From sequence record PZ452581.1: DNA of 64,000 nt. The stretch is one strand, 5' to 3'. Origin of the DNA: a phage. The translations under genes and the position numbers were made by a program. Below, piece after piece: positions 1 through 8,427 of this stretch. The notes under the pieces are model-generated. The model worked only from the letters and a program-made list of their open reading frames with translations. It did not search any database and was not told the DNA's origin. The stretch's first letter is position 1. Each line of letters begins with the position of its first letter.

Positions 1-1
1 T

Positions 2-622
2 AATTCTTATAATAAAGATACATTAATAAACTGGATAAAAGCACAAGGGTCCACGCCTGTTGTTATTACTATTACAGGAAATATTGTTTCTCAATCTACT
101 GGTGTTCCATGCTTAGATTTTCCTAGCTCATTAACTAATGCATACGTGACACTTAATATCAATTCAGGCGTGCATGTTTGGGGCCGTGGCGGGAATGGCG
201 GAAATAACTCTGCCGGTGGAGCAGGAGGAACTGCAATAAATAATGGAATTGGAACTAGATTGCGTATTAACAACAATGGTGTTATCGCAGGAGGCGGTGG
301 CGGCGGTGGAGGTGGATATTATTCTCCTTTTTCACAAATGAAATTGACTTTTGGCGGTGGCGGCGGTCGTCCATTTGGTGCTGCTGGCGGGTCTGCTAAT
401 ATGGAACAGGGCGCTACTGCTGGTACTATTTCTGCACCTGGTAAAGGGTCTGTCAATGGTATCTATAATGGCGGGAATGGCGGTGATGCTGGTGCCGCAG
501 GTGGTAAATGTAATATTCGTGGGCAAGGATCAGAATATAACGGCGGTGCGGCTGGTAAAGCTGTTACTGGTAATGCTCCAACTTGGACTAAAGTTGGTAC
601 AATATACGGTTCAAGAGTATAA
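2..622 (+). CDS. 38: Receptor-recognising adhesin gp38, T2/T6 type; 5'-truncated by window start
   Basis: Frame open from base 2 to stop at 620-622. Translation has glycine-rich motifs (WGRGGNGGNN, GGGGGGGGGYY, GGGGGRPFGAAGG) separated by variable segments. Sits directly upstream of holin t. Confidence 0.75.
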   Translation, partial: NSYNKDTLINWIKAQGSTPVVITITGNIVSQSTGVPCLDFPSSLTNAYVTLNINSGVHVWGRGGNGGNNSAGGAGGTAINNGIGTRLRINNNGVIAGGGGGGGGGYYSPFSQMKLTFGGGGGRPFGAAGGSANMEQGATAGTISAPGKGSVNGIYNGGNGGDAGAAGGKCNIRGQGSEYNGGAAGKAVTGNAPTWTKVGTIYGSRV

Positions 623-653
623 TTTTGAATAAATATCCTTAAAAGGAGGGTCT

Positions 654-1310
654 ATGGCAGCACCTAGAATATCATTTTCGCCCTCTGATATTCTATTTGG
701 TGTTCTAGATCGCTTGTTCAAAGATAATGCTACCGGGAAGGTTCTTGCTTCCCGAGTAGCTGTCGTAATTCTTTTGTTTATGATGGCGATTGTTTGGTAT
801 AGGGGAGATAGTTTCTTTGAGTACTATAAGCAATCAAAGTATGAAACATACAGTGAAATTATTGAAAAGGAAAGAAATGCACGCTTTGAATCTGTCGCCC
901 TGGAACAACTCCAGATAGTTCATATATCATCTGAGGCAGACTTTAGTGCGGTGTATTCTTTCCGCCCTAAAAACTTAAACTATTTTGTTGATATTATAGC
1001 ATACGAAGGAAGATTACCTTCAACAATAACTGAAAAATCACTTGGAGGATATCCTGTTGATAAAACTATGGATGAATATACAGTTCATTTAAATGGACGT
1101 CATTATTATTCCAACTCAAAATTTGCTTTTTTACCAACTAAAAAGCCTACTCCCGAAATAAACTACATGTACAGTTGTCCATATTTTAATTTGGATAATA
1201 TCTATGCTGGAACGATAACCATGTACTGGTATAGAAATGATCATATAAGTAATGACCGCCTTGAATCAATATGTGCTCAGGCGGCCAGAATATTAGGAAG
1301 GGCTAAATAA
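654..1310 (+). CDS. t: Holin T
   Basis: 218 aa, N-terminal MAAPRISFSPSDILFGVLDRLFKDNATGKVLASRVAVVILLF matches T4 holin as recalled. AAGGAGG Shine-Dalgarno 5 nt upstream. Confidence 0.95.
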   Translation: MAAPRISFSPSDILFGVLDRLFKDNATGKVLASRVAVVILLFMMAIVWYRGDSFFEYYKQSKYETYSEIIEKERNARFESVALEQLQIVHISSEADFSAVYSFRPKNLNYFVDIIAYEGRLPSTITEKSLGGYPVDKTMDEYTVHLNGRHYYSNSKFAFLPTKKPTPEINYMYSCPYFNLDNIYAGTITMYWYRNDHISNDRLESICAQAARILGRAK

Positions 1311-1583
1311 TTATTTGTTTGTATACATCTCTAGATATCGATATACACTCTCAAAACCCTCATTGAATTCGTCGATGAGGGTTTTCTTATCTTCTTGAGT
1401 TAATTCAGAAACAATTTTACGGAATGAATTCTGATTTAATTTTCTACCTTCATGCGTTACTCCAATCTCATTCAGAAATGCAATAAAATTAGCACGATTC
1501 TCAACAATATCTTCTCTGGAAAATTTAATCAAAATAGACGCAACAGTAATAATTTCACGAACTGTATCAATATTTTTATTCAT
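1311..1583 (-). CDS. asiA: Anti-sigma70 factor AsiA
   Basis: 90 aa, MNKNIDTVREIITVASILIKFSREDIVENRANFIAFLNEIGVTHEG matches T4 AsiA; conserved position after t. Confidence 0.92.
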   Translation of the reverse strand: MNKNIDTVREIITVASILIKFSREDIVENRANFIAFLNEIGVTHEGRKLNQNSFRKIVSELTQEDKKTLIDEFNEGFESVYRYLEMYTNK

Positions 1584-1595
1584 TAACTATACCAC

Positions 1596-1748
1596 TCAAT
1601 TAGTTGACTTTGTTATAATATCATCAGACGCTTGATTTGTAAACCGGTCTGTGTTATTTTCTTCAAAAATTTTTTCTACGAATTCCTTGAACGACTCACG
1701 TTCCTGAGCTACATTATGCTCGATTACCTTTTCAAGATTATGACTCAT
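1596..1748 (-). CDS. Small hypothetical protein (asiA.1-like, 50 aa)
   Basis: Hand-translated ORF below the 60-aa track cutoff; ATGA start/stop overlap with arn. Confidence 0.4.
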   Translation of the reverse strand: MSHNLEKVIEHNVAQERESFKEFVEKIFEENNTDRFTNQASDDIITKSTN

Positions 1749-2023
1749 TCGAAATAATCTTCAATTTCATAATCATGGACATAAATCATTATAGTTTTTA
1801 ATACATCATCAATACTTTTTCCTGGAGCTGGAATTACGTAAAAATATCCTGCTTTTGAGAGGTCTTTATAAGTTCCAATCAAGAAATCATTATTCTCAAG
1901 ATGTAGTTCTTCAACTAATTCATTAACAATTGAGTGGTATAAATTTGGTAGAAACTTATATAGCTTTTCTAGAATATCAATTTTGATTGTATATTGAACC
2001 ACGGACTGAGAATCAATAATCAT
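1745..2023 (-). CDS. arn: Anti-restriction nuclease Arn (McrBC inhibitor)
   Basis: 92 aa acidic protein at the T4 arn position between asiA and motA. Confidence 0.8.
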   Translation of the reverse strand: MIIDSQSVVQYTIKIDILEKLYKFLPNLYHSIVNELVEELHLENNDFLIGTYKDLSKAGYFYVIPAPGKSIDDVLKTIMIYVHDYEIEDYFE

Positions 2024-2106
2024 AGACCTTCCCCTTATGTTTCTGTTTGCGATTAGATTCTTTAAACGCTTTCTTCTTATCCTTATGAACAGAAGCTTTA
2101 TTAAAA

Positions 2107-2325
2107 TTATGTTTTGCGACTAAATTGTTCATAGTGCTGAATTACCTCTCTTAAACATTTGCATGTGAATGAAAACTTTTTAGCTACACCACATTCAAAT
2201 ATATGTTCTCTTAAATCGCGTGTATCGGTATATCCCATCTCAACAATAAAGTGCCTTATCAGATTTTTATCTTTATCATTGAGAGAATTAAAATAGTCAG
2301 ATTTTGAATTAATTTCCCTGGCCAA
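2107..2325 (-). CDS. Hypothetical protein (arn.1-like)
   Basis: 72-aa ORF in minus-strand early gene series. Confidence 0.5.
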   Translation of the reverse strand: MAREINSKSDYFNSLNDKDKNLIRHFIVEMGYTDTRDLREHIFECGVAKKFSFTCKCLREVIQHYEQFSRKT

Positions 2326-2605
2326 ATTGAATCACCTTCAGTTGACGTTTTAACTCTGTTATCATTTCTTCGTTCATCGCAATATAAAGATCGCGTAAAG
2401 CAGGTTTTAGCATGTCATTTATTATAGAACTAAATGGGCATACATATTCTTTTCCTACAAGCTTTTTGGTGAATTCCATATCACAGAACTTAAATCCCGG
2501 CTCATTGGTATAAATTCCCCAATTAGTTGACATCATTTTATTGGCATATTCTAGTGCCTGGATTTGATTCATAATTCCATCAATTTGAAACTTTTTAATA
2601 TTCAT
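2309..2605 (-). CDS. Hypothetical protein (arn.2-like)
   Basis: 98-aa ORF, short overlap with neighbours typical of T4 early operons. Confidence 0.5.
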   Translation of the reverse strand: MNIKKFQIDGIMNQIQALEYANKMMSTNWGIYTNEPGFKFCDMEFTKKLVGKEYVCPFSSIINDMLKPALRDLYIAMNEEMITELKRQLKVIQFGQGN

Positions 2606-3066
2606 TAGTAAAGGTCCTCAGAGTAAAGTTCTTTTTCACTACCACCACGTTCAATACGTACTTGTCCAGCGTAAGTTGCAATAATCATTGCTTCTTCGCG
2701 AGTCCAATAATTACTATATTGGTCAATAAATCCTTGGTCATCATCACAAACTTGTTGAGTAACTAATTGAGGTTTAACTACATCTAAAACTTCTGCCATA
2801 TCTTTAGAATAATGACGAGCACCTGGAATAATAAGAGTTCGTCCATCTTTTAATTTAAAACGATTAGCTGCGCAAACAATTCGTCGTTGATACTTTTGGT
2901 TTTCATCCCAATACGCAGTCTGCCAACAGATTTCAGGAACTTCATCTAAAACATTTTGTTCTGTATATTCACCACCGTAAGAAGCTAATTTAGCAGCCAG
3001 ACTTTCCGGAGTCTCACGAGATAAAGCTTTATCTAACAGAGCTAAACGTTCTTTAAAAGTTTTCAT
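2605..3066 (-). CDS. Hypothetical protein (arn.3-like)
   Basis: 153-aa ORF; stop/start overlap with flanking ORFs. Confidence 0.5.
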   Translation of the reverse strand: MKTFKERLALLDKALSRETPESLAAKLASYGGEYTEQNVLDEVPEICWQTAYWDENQKYQRRIVCAANRFKLKDGRTLIIPGARHYSKDMAEVLDVVKPQLVTQQVCDDDQGFIDQYSNYWTREEAMIIATYAGQVRIERGGSEKELYSEDLY

Positions 3067-3392
3067 TTAAACCATCCTTTAATACGTTGCCACAAAGTTT
3101 TCTGCTGAGCTCTGTTAACACCAATTGAACGAATAACCGGTTGAGATTCCTGGAATTCTTTATAATCAGCAAGGTAAATTTCGTAAGCTGCATCCGTAAA
3201 TGAACTTATCGCTGCCATAAAATTATTACGAATACCTACTGGAGCATCTTTACTTTCACGAATAATCATGTATTTACCAGTCTTAATCTTTACGATAGTT
3301 CCAAGATAAGCTCCATGATACCAGATGTCCCACCCCTCTTGAGTGGGTTCTGCGCAACGACGAAGTTCATTGACAATTTCTAACTTGTTCAT
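3063..3392 (-). CDS. Hypothetical protein (arn.4-like)
   Basis: 109-aa ORF immediately downstream of motA. Confidence 0.5.
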   Translation of the reverse strand: MNKLEIVNELRRCAEPTQEGWDIWYHGAYLGTIVKIKTGKYMIIRESKDAPVGIRNNFMAAISSFTDAAYEIYLADYKEFQESQPVIRSIGVNRAQQKTLWQRIKGWFK

Positions 3393-3402
3393 TATTTATT
3401 CC

Positions 3403-4038
3403 TCACAGTTCAGATGCTACAGTGATTACAGCTTCAATGTTTTCTGCCGAGCGTTTAATGTCAAGATACACATTACCGTTTTTAGCGATTTTACAAGACA
3501 TTCCGATATCAGTAAATTTCTGAATATGATGTTCCATCATTTTGTATCCAAAAATTCGCATGTTTCCATTGTTGTTAATTTCAAAATTGCGAATTCCGTG
3601 AGTGCGTTTTTCTAAAATAGCAAGATAATTACTACGATAAGTTTCAACCTTTTTAAGAACAAATCCATTTTCATCTAAAAGTTTTAACATGAAGTCTTTA
3701 TCTTCTTCCATATCAGAAGTAATCTCACGAGCTTTACGAGTAGCACGTTTTTTCAGCAGTTCCGGAGCGTTTTCCTGTGCGTATAAAGTTGCTGCGTTTG
3801 AAATAATATCTTGCGCTTCGCCTGTGATGATTAATCCATCACCTGATTTCTCTACCAGGCCTTTTTTAATCAATACCCCAATATTACTATTAACTACTGC
3901 GTTACCTAAATCTGGATGCACCTCACGAACTTCTGCAGCTGTAATGAAATCTTTCTTAGCAATGGTAATTAAAATCGCAGCAGTTTTTTCATTCAGAACA
4001 TCGTTAGAAGCTTTGATGATGTAAGTTACTTTAGACAT
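3403..4038 (-). CDS. motA: Middle-transcription activator MotA
   Basis: 211 aa, MSKVTYIIKASNDVLNEKTAAILITIAKKDFITAAEVREVHPDLGNAVVNSNIGVLIKKGLVEKSGDGLIITGEAQD matches T4 MotA. Confidence 0.95.
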   Translation of the reverse strand: MSKVTYIIKASNDVLNEKTAAILITIAKKDFITAAEVREVHPDLGNAVVNSNIGVLIKKGLVEKSGDGLIITGEAQDIISNAATLYAQENAPELLKKRATRKAREITSDMEEDKDFMLKLLDENGFVLKKVETYRSNYLAILEKRTHGIRNFEINNNGNMRIFGYKMMEHHIQKFTDIGMSCKIAKNGNVYLDIKRSAENIEAVITVASEL

Positions 4039-4075
4039 TTTCTAATCTCCGTAATTCTGTATCAGTAGTTGATAG

Positions 4076-4110
4076 TTGTATAGTACCACAGTATGCTTTG
4101 GTTGTAAACC
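4076..4110 (-). promoter_or_regulatory. T4-early-type sigma70 promoter upstream of motA
   Basis: On minus strand GTTTACA (-35) then ~17 nt then TGGTACTATA (-10-like), followed by the conserved leader caactatcaactactgatacag and SD before motA ATG. Confidence 0.55.
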
Positions 4111-4134
4111 GTTTTGTGAAAAAAATTTTTGAAA

Positions 4135-4165
4135 TAAAAAAGGGAGAGCCGAGGCTCTCCCTAAA
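4135..4165 (-). terminator. Rho-independent-type hairpin between motA.1 and the motA promoter
   Basis: GGGAGAGC-loop-GCTCTCCC stem followed on the minus strand by a T-run. Confidence 0.55.
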
Positions 4166-4167
4166 AA

Positions 4168-4317
4168 TTACTGCATGACTGTGATAACTGTCATGATAAC
4201 ACGTTGAATTCCGAACGCAAGAAGACCTCCTGCTACGGCTGGAACAACACCTAAACCCGCCAGTAAAATGCTACCGGATACTAATGCAGCGCTTGTAATA
4301 CCTATGAATGGACTCAT
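4168..4317 (-). CDS. Small membrane protein (motA.1-like, 49 aa)
   Basis: Hand-translated hydrophobic ORF MSPFIGITSAALVSGSILLAGLGVVPAVAGG...; ATGA overlap with gene 52 stop. Confidence 0.45.
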   Translation of the reverse strand: MSPFIGITSAALVSGSILLAGLGVVPAVAGGLLAFGIQRVIMTVITVMQ

Positions 4318-5642
4318 TTGATTTCCTCTAAATCTTTAGTGTATTCGGTAACTACATCAGTAGTTTTCCAATATTCGTTTTCTTCTTTCTTAGCTTTAGC
4401 TTCTTCAGCAAGTTTCTTTGCTTCGTCGGAAGTCATATGAAAAATATTCATTCCGACTAGTTTATCAACATAAGAAGAATACATCTCAATTTTAGAAAGT
4501 TCTTCGGTCAGTTCTTTACGAGTTTTACCTTGAACAACAATTTCACCTGAAATTACTTTCTTAATGAAATGTGCCTTGGCAAAGGCTAAACGAAAAGCTG
4601 ACTCAGTTTCTTTGATTTTGTTATCAATTCGTTTTTGGACATAAGTTTTACGAACTTCAACAAAGTCTTTAATTAAATCAACTACGTTATCGTAAACTTG
4701 CAGTTTTCCTTTCTCATTAATGACGGTAATATTCTGAGAACGACGCTCAATCAACCCGAAGTCTTTCATAATTTTTGCATGGCGTTCTTCTTCATTATCG
4801 CTCAAAGAATATTCTTTACGGAATTTAACTTTGAATCCAAAACCATGCTCACCACAAGCATCATCCCATGTAATGAAGCCTTTATCTTCAAGTGGGTCTA
4901 AGATTTTACTCACATAAGTTTCACGATCATACTTATACGGAATCTCAGTGATATGCATTTGAGTTCGTGAAGTAAACTTATATGTTCCACGAATTTCATA
5001 TTGCCCATCAATTTCAACGACTTCACCACGAAATTCTGGGAATTCTACCTTCGGTTTAGTTACTTTCTTTCCTTGAAGAGCTTGCAGTACAGCTTTCTTA
5101 ACAGAAGAAACACTATGAGGAAGAATGTAAGTTGCATAACCAGTTGCAATACCGGAAACGCCATTAAGAAGAACAGTAGGAATAATAGGCAAATAGAAAG
5201 CAGGCGGAATGTGTTCTTTATCTTGATGTACCGGAGCATATTCAGTATCTTTATATACGTTATAGAAATTTTTACTTACACGAGCAAAAATATAACGACT
5301 TGCTGCTGCTTTTTGGACGGTACGAGAACCAAAGTTTCCTTGACCATCTAACAGAGGAAAGTTATTATTCCAAGTGTTAGCCATCAAAGCACCTGCGTCT
5401 TGCGCAGAGTTTTCACCATGATGATATCCAAGGTCCGCTACACCACCTGCAATAGAAGCAAGTTTGTGAAACTTATCTTTATTTCCTCGTGCCAAATCAA
5501 GAGCTCGAGCAATAACAAATCGTTGGACTGGCTTAAATCCGTCAATCATATTTGGGATAGCACGATTTTCAACCGTGTACATAGCATAAGCCAATGCTTC
5601 ATTATCAATGATACTTTTTAAATCGCGATTATTCAGTTGCAT
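4314..5642 (-). CDS. 52: DNA topoisomerase II medium subunit gp52 (GyrA-like)
   Basis: 442 aa; cleavage-religation domain motifs (PVQRFVIARALDL..., GQGNFGS); same length as T4 gp52. Confidence 0.95.
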   Translation of the reverse strand: MQLNNRDLKSIIDNEALAYAMYTVENRAIPNMIDGFKPVQRFVIARALDLARGNKDKFHKLASIAGGVADLGYHHGENSAQDAGALMANTWNNNFPLLDGQGNFGSRTVQKAAASRYIFARVSKNFYNVYKDTEYAPVHQDKEHIPPAFYLPIIPTVLLNGVSGIATGYATYILPHSVSSVKKAVLQALQGKKVTKPKVEFPEFRGEVVEIDGQYEIRGTYKFTSRTQMHITEIPYKYDRETYVSKILDPLEDKGFITWDDACGEHGFGFKVKFRKEYSLSDNEEERHAKIMKDFGLIERRSQNITVINEKGKLQVYDNVVDLIKDFVEVRKTYVQKRIDNKIKETESAFRLAFAKAHFIKKVISGEIVVQGKTRKELTEELSKIEMYSSYVDKLVGMNIFHMTSDEAKKLAEEAKAKKEENEYWKTTDVVTEYTKDLEEIK

Positions 5643-5646
5643 AAAT

Positions 5647-5787
5647 TTACCATACTAGTGAATGTAGTGCCATAATAACATCAGAAATGAAAAGCACGAC
5701 TTGAATTAATCCGAACATTACTCCATAATATAGTGCTACCAATAAAGTAGCAAGGGCTAGTGAATAGCCCAAGATTTTCTTAATCAT
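5647..5787 (-). CDS. Small membrane protein (52.1-like, 46 aa)
   Basis: Hand-translated hydrophobic ORF; start overlaps ac stop (ATGATTAA). Confidence 0.45.
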   Translation of the reverse strand: MIKKILGYSLALATLLVALYYGVMFGLIQVVLFISDVIMALHSLVW

Positions 5788-5938
5788 TAGTAGATAACAA
5801 CACAAATGTTAAATATGCACACATACCCTGGGCTAAAGCTTGTGAAAACACACTGCTAGCATCGATACAGATAGTTAAAACACATGCTACTATCCAACAA
5901 ATAAATGAAATAACTCCTAATAATTTTGCGATATTCAT
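5780..5938 (-). CDS. ac: Acridine-sensitivity membrane protein Ac (52 aa)
   Basis: Hand-translated 52-aa hydrophobic ORF at the T4 ac position between 52 and stp. Confidence 0.55.
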   Translation of the reverse strand: MNIAKLLGVISFICWIVACVLTICIDASSVFSQALAQGMCAYLTFVLLSTND

Positions 5939-5945
5939 ATTTTCC

Positions 5946-6026
5946 TCACTGGCGTCCGAAGACGCCTTTAGTTTTAAGATTGTTACGATAAAACTGCATC
6001 ACATGTTCGTTGTGGAAATTACTCAT
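5946..6026 (-). CDS. stp: Stp peptide (26 aa)
   Basis: Hand translation [26 protein letters not shown] matches T4 Stp as recalled; TAATG overlap with ndd stop. Confidence 0.8.
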
Positions 6027-6484
6027 TAATATGCCTGCAAAACGAATTTAAAGTTATCAGCCAACATACGGTTCATTTCTTCAAGTGTTTGATACTCAGA
6101 ATGATGATTACGAGTAAACGCCAAAGCTAACTGACCTTTACCAAATCCTGTCGTCAGAGGTTTCATCTTAGAAGCAGGCAGATAAAATACTGTGTATGGA
6201 ACATTGTTATTTGCAATAGTACGCGCAAGTTGAGACCGGCGTTGACGAATATGACTTAGAACTGCGCTGAATCCTTGCTTAGAACGCTGATTACCTACAT
6301 AAAATCGTGCAGACACACATGGATTACTAAATGGACGACCATCTAATTTACTCACTAAAAAGTAAAATCCAGGTTTAGATAAAATATCTTTATGCGGAGT
6401 TCCTAAAAACCATTCACCACCCTTAATTGTACCAATAACAGTAGCGCCTGCGTTGTTCAGATCGGTAACAGTCATATATTTCAT
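6026..6484 (-). CDS. ndd: Nucleoid disruption protein Ndd
   Basis: Track ORF 6026-6532 trimmed to internal Met ([28 protein letters not shown]...) preceded by GAGG SD; matches T4 Ndd N-terminus and ~151-aa length. Confidence 0.88.
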
Positions 6485-6544
6485 ATTAATTTCCTCTAAA
6501 TTATTTTCTACTCCAAGGCCGTATGAATACACACGGCCATTAAA

Positions 6545-6760
6545 TTAATCGTCGCAGTCGACGCTCAATTCCCAAAACTCTTCTACAGTATAAGTTTCAG
6601 TATCATTTTCAATACAGAAACGTTCATTACTATTATTTGCTAAAGTAGCATTAACTGTCGGTTTCTCGCTAGTGCTCTTAAGAGGTGAAATACGAATTAA
6701 CTGATCACCATTATCTAAACAGAAAATTTCACCAACTTTTACATCTTTAAAACTTTTCAT
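6545..6760 (-). CDS. Hypothetical protein (ndd.1-like)
   Basis: 71-aa ORF. Confidence 0.5.
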   Translation of the reverse strand: MKSFKDVKVGEIFCLDNGDQLIRISPLKSTSEKPTVNATLANNSNERFCIENDTETYTVEEFWELSVDCDD

Positions 6761-6875
6761 AATTCACCTCAAGGAGTATAAAATCCAAATGCAGTTGTTG
6801 ACCATCCCATCCAATATGGGAAATTTGCGCCAATGTAAAACATAAGAATATAAAACCAAATGTTTAGTAAATTCA

Positions 6876-7094
6876 TCATTTTACACCATTCCAAATTGTT
6901 TCAACTACGGATTTTAAACCATTTTGATGAATATCCATTCCGACTACCGCCATCAAATAGATTCCAACTACAACTGAACCTAAGGCAAAAATCAGCATGA
7001 AAATGAATAAAGCCGGAAAAATATTATCGAAAAACCATTCAATAAATGTAAAAGCACTACGTTTACGCTTCATATTTTCCTCACATAAATTCAA
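6876..7094 (-). CDS. Small membrane protein
   Basis: 72-aa ORF with hydrophobic core. Confidence 0.45.
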   Translation of the reverse strand: MNLCEENMKRKRSAFTFIEWFFDNIFPALFIFMLIFALGSVVVGIYLMAVVGMDIHQNGLKSVVETIWNGVK

Positions 7095-7194
7095 AGTAAG
7101 CGTTTAATACATCAATCATTAAAACGATTGGGAATATACTCAAAACTATTAGTATTATAACTACATTCCATATAGCTTTAATAATCTTTTTCAT
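7081..7194 (-). CDS. Small membrane peptide (about 37 aa)
   Basis: Track ORF 7081-7290 reads through the promoter; internal Met MKKIIKAIWNVVIILIVLSIF with GGAGG SD is the likely start. Confidence 0.4.
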   Translation of the reverse strand: MKKIIKAIWNVVIILIVLSIFPIVLMIDVLNAYFEFM

Positions 7195-7214
7195 TTTTGT
7201 TCCTCCGTAGTTGA

Positions 7215-7252
7215 TAGTTGTATAGTACCACGGAAGAACAGTCTTGTAAACA
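7215..7252 (-). promoter_or_regulatory. T4-early-type promoter
   Basis: Minus-strand GTTTACAAGACTGTTCTTCCGTGGTACTATA with conserved leader and GGAGG SD. Confidence 0.55.
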
Positions 7253-7436
7253 ACTTTTTTAAAAATATTCGTAATAAATGTGAATACCAACTACTACCGC
7301 TGAAACCTGTGCAACCCACCACGCACAAGCAATAAGTACAGAATTCAAAATTTTCATAATAACCTCATTACAAAAGTAAATGTTAAACAAATTACTGGAA
7401 TACTAATTAACCAAACAAAACACCACCACAGTGAAC

Positions 7437-7700
7437 TCATAACTCAATCTCAGCGATTTTCATTTCATTACTATTAATAGCCGCTTTAAGACTATCTGAA
7501 AGAATTACATCCCAGTGGTCATTCATATGACCATTAATTAAGCGTGTAATTTCTTCGGGAGTTGAAAAATAAGGCGTATCAGACTCCCAATGCGATAATC
7601 CTAAGCGAGTATAAATCATACCTTCATCATCGCTAGAATATTCAACTGACACAAACTCATCAGTTATTTTATGTTTAGCGTAATAAAATTTAAATTTCAT
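7437..7700 (-). CDS. Hypothetical protein (about 87 aa)
   Basis: Track ORF 7437-7802 trimmed to internal Met MKFKFYYAKHK preceded by GGAG SD; upstream part is read-through of promoter sequence. Confidence 0.5.
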   Translation of the reverse strand: MKFKFYYAKHKITDEFVSVEYSSDDEGMIYTRLGLSHWESDTPYFSTPEEITRLINGHMNDHWDVILSDSLKAAINSNEMKIAEIEL

Positions 7701-7729
7701 TTTCCGCTCCAAATCCGTATCAGTTGATA

Positions 7730-7765
7730 GTTGTATAGTACCACGGTCCTTGTGGTATGTAAACT
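7730..7765 (-). promoter_or_regulatory. T4-early-type promoter
   Basis: Minus-strand GTTTACATACCACAAGGACCGTGGTACTATA with conserved leader caactatcaactgatacgg. Confidence 0.55.
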
Positions 7766-7783
7766 GTTTTGTGAAATTTTTTT

Positions 7784-8341
7784 TTAAATGGAAAGATACC
7801 ATCCGTTGTAGTTGCTTTTTCTTACAACCTTACGAAGGTCTTCTCTGTCACCGATGAACTTCGGAGTGTACTGGATGACACCTGGATGAATTTCTTTAGT
7901 GTTGAATATAATTATACAGTCAGCGACTTGATGATTTAGAATGGGCCCTAAATTTATTCCAGAACCATATGGATACTCTCCGCTGCATCCCGTTGTTACC
8001 GAAATCCAACGCGAGTCAGTTTGATGTGTCTTAACTTCTACACGAAGCCCACAGTATTTTGGATGTGCTAAAACATCCCATGCATATGTGTACGGATCAT
8101 CGACATCTTCTTGGCCTTTATTGACATATCCGCTTAGCCAATCTGCCACAAAAAACTCTGCGTACACAGCGATACGGCATCTTTCGATAACTTCTGCCTT
8201 ATCCTGATTTGGATTTTGTTTTAAAGAGTATCTTGCTGTATCAGCAATTTTGACCTTCATTTCACTAGTCAAGTCACTGTTCGATAGGGTAAATGTCGGA
8301 ATCTGAAATAGTCTCTGTAAACCCGGATTCGTTTTCTGCAT
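7784..8341 (-). CDS. denB: Endonuclease IV DenB (dC-specific)
   Basis: 185-aa ORF at the T4 denB position between ndd cluster and rIIB; length matches T4 DenB. Confidence 0.75.
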   Translation of the reverse strand: MQKTNPGLQRLFQIPTFTLSNSDLTSEMKVKIADTARYSLKQNPNQDKAEVIERCRIAVYAEFFVADWLSGYVNKGQEDVDDPYTYAWDVLAHPKYCGLRVEVKTHQTDSRWISVTTGCSGEYPYGSGINLGPILNHQVADCIIIFNTKEIHPGVIQYTPKFIGDREDLRKVVRKSNYNGWYLSI

Positions 8342-8427
8342 TAAACTTTCCTTTTACGTCGGAATCACTGATATTCATACAATAAATCATAGTTTCCCTT
8401 AAAACAAAAGGGCCGAAGCCCCTTATT

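Noticed and set aside
91-276. Minus-strand 61-aa ORF inside gene 38
   Set aside because: Antisense to the glycine-rich adhesin region; the proline-rich translation mirrors GGN codons.
300-560. GGCGGTGG-rich tandem DNA repeats considered as a repeat array
   Set aside because: They are the coding sequence for the gp38 glycine-rich motifs, not a non-coding array.
146-622. Treating Met at 146 as the start of a complete 158-aa gene
   Set aside because: The frame is open back to base 2 and the upstream translation is gp38-like; the gene is 5'-truncated by the window.
351-632. Plus-strand ORFs in alternative frames or antisense to strong minus-strand genes (e.g. 351-632, 3343-3615, 3689-4024, 4698-5351, 8919-9525, 12573-13626, 13801-14367, 26689-26976, 29406-29647, 35320-36334, 39754-40170, 51445-52056, 52823-53215)
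   Set aside because: They overlap confidently identified genes, lack SD sequences and have low-complexity or hydrophobic nonsense composition; most likely non-coding frames.
6026-6532. Long N-terminal extensions in the ORF track (ndd 6026-6532, gp56 25370-25981, 7437-7802, 34608-35033, 59169-59756, gp44 38736-39710)
   Set aside because: The extensions translate promoter or leader sequence, e.g. GTIQLSTDTDLE from the conserved early promoter; internal Met codons with SD sites match known T4 N-termini.
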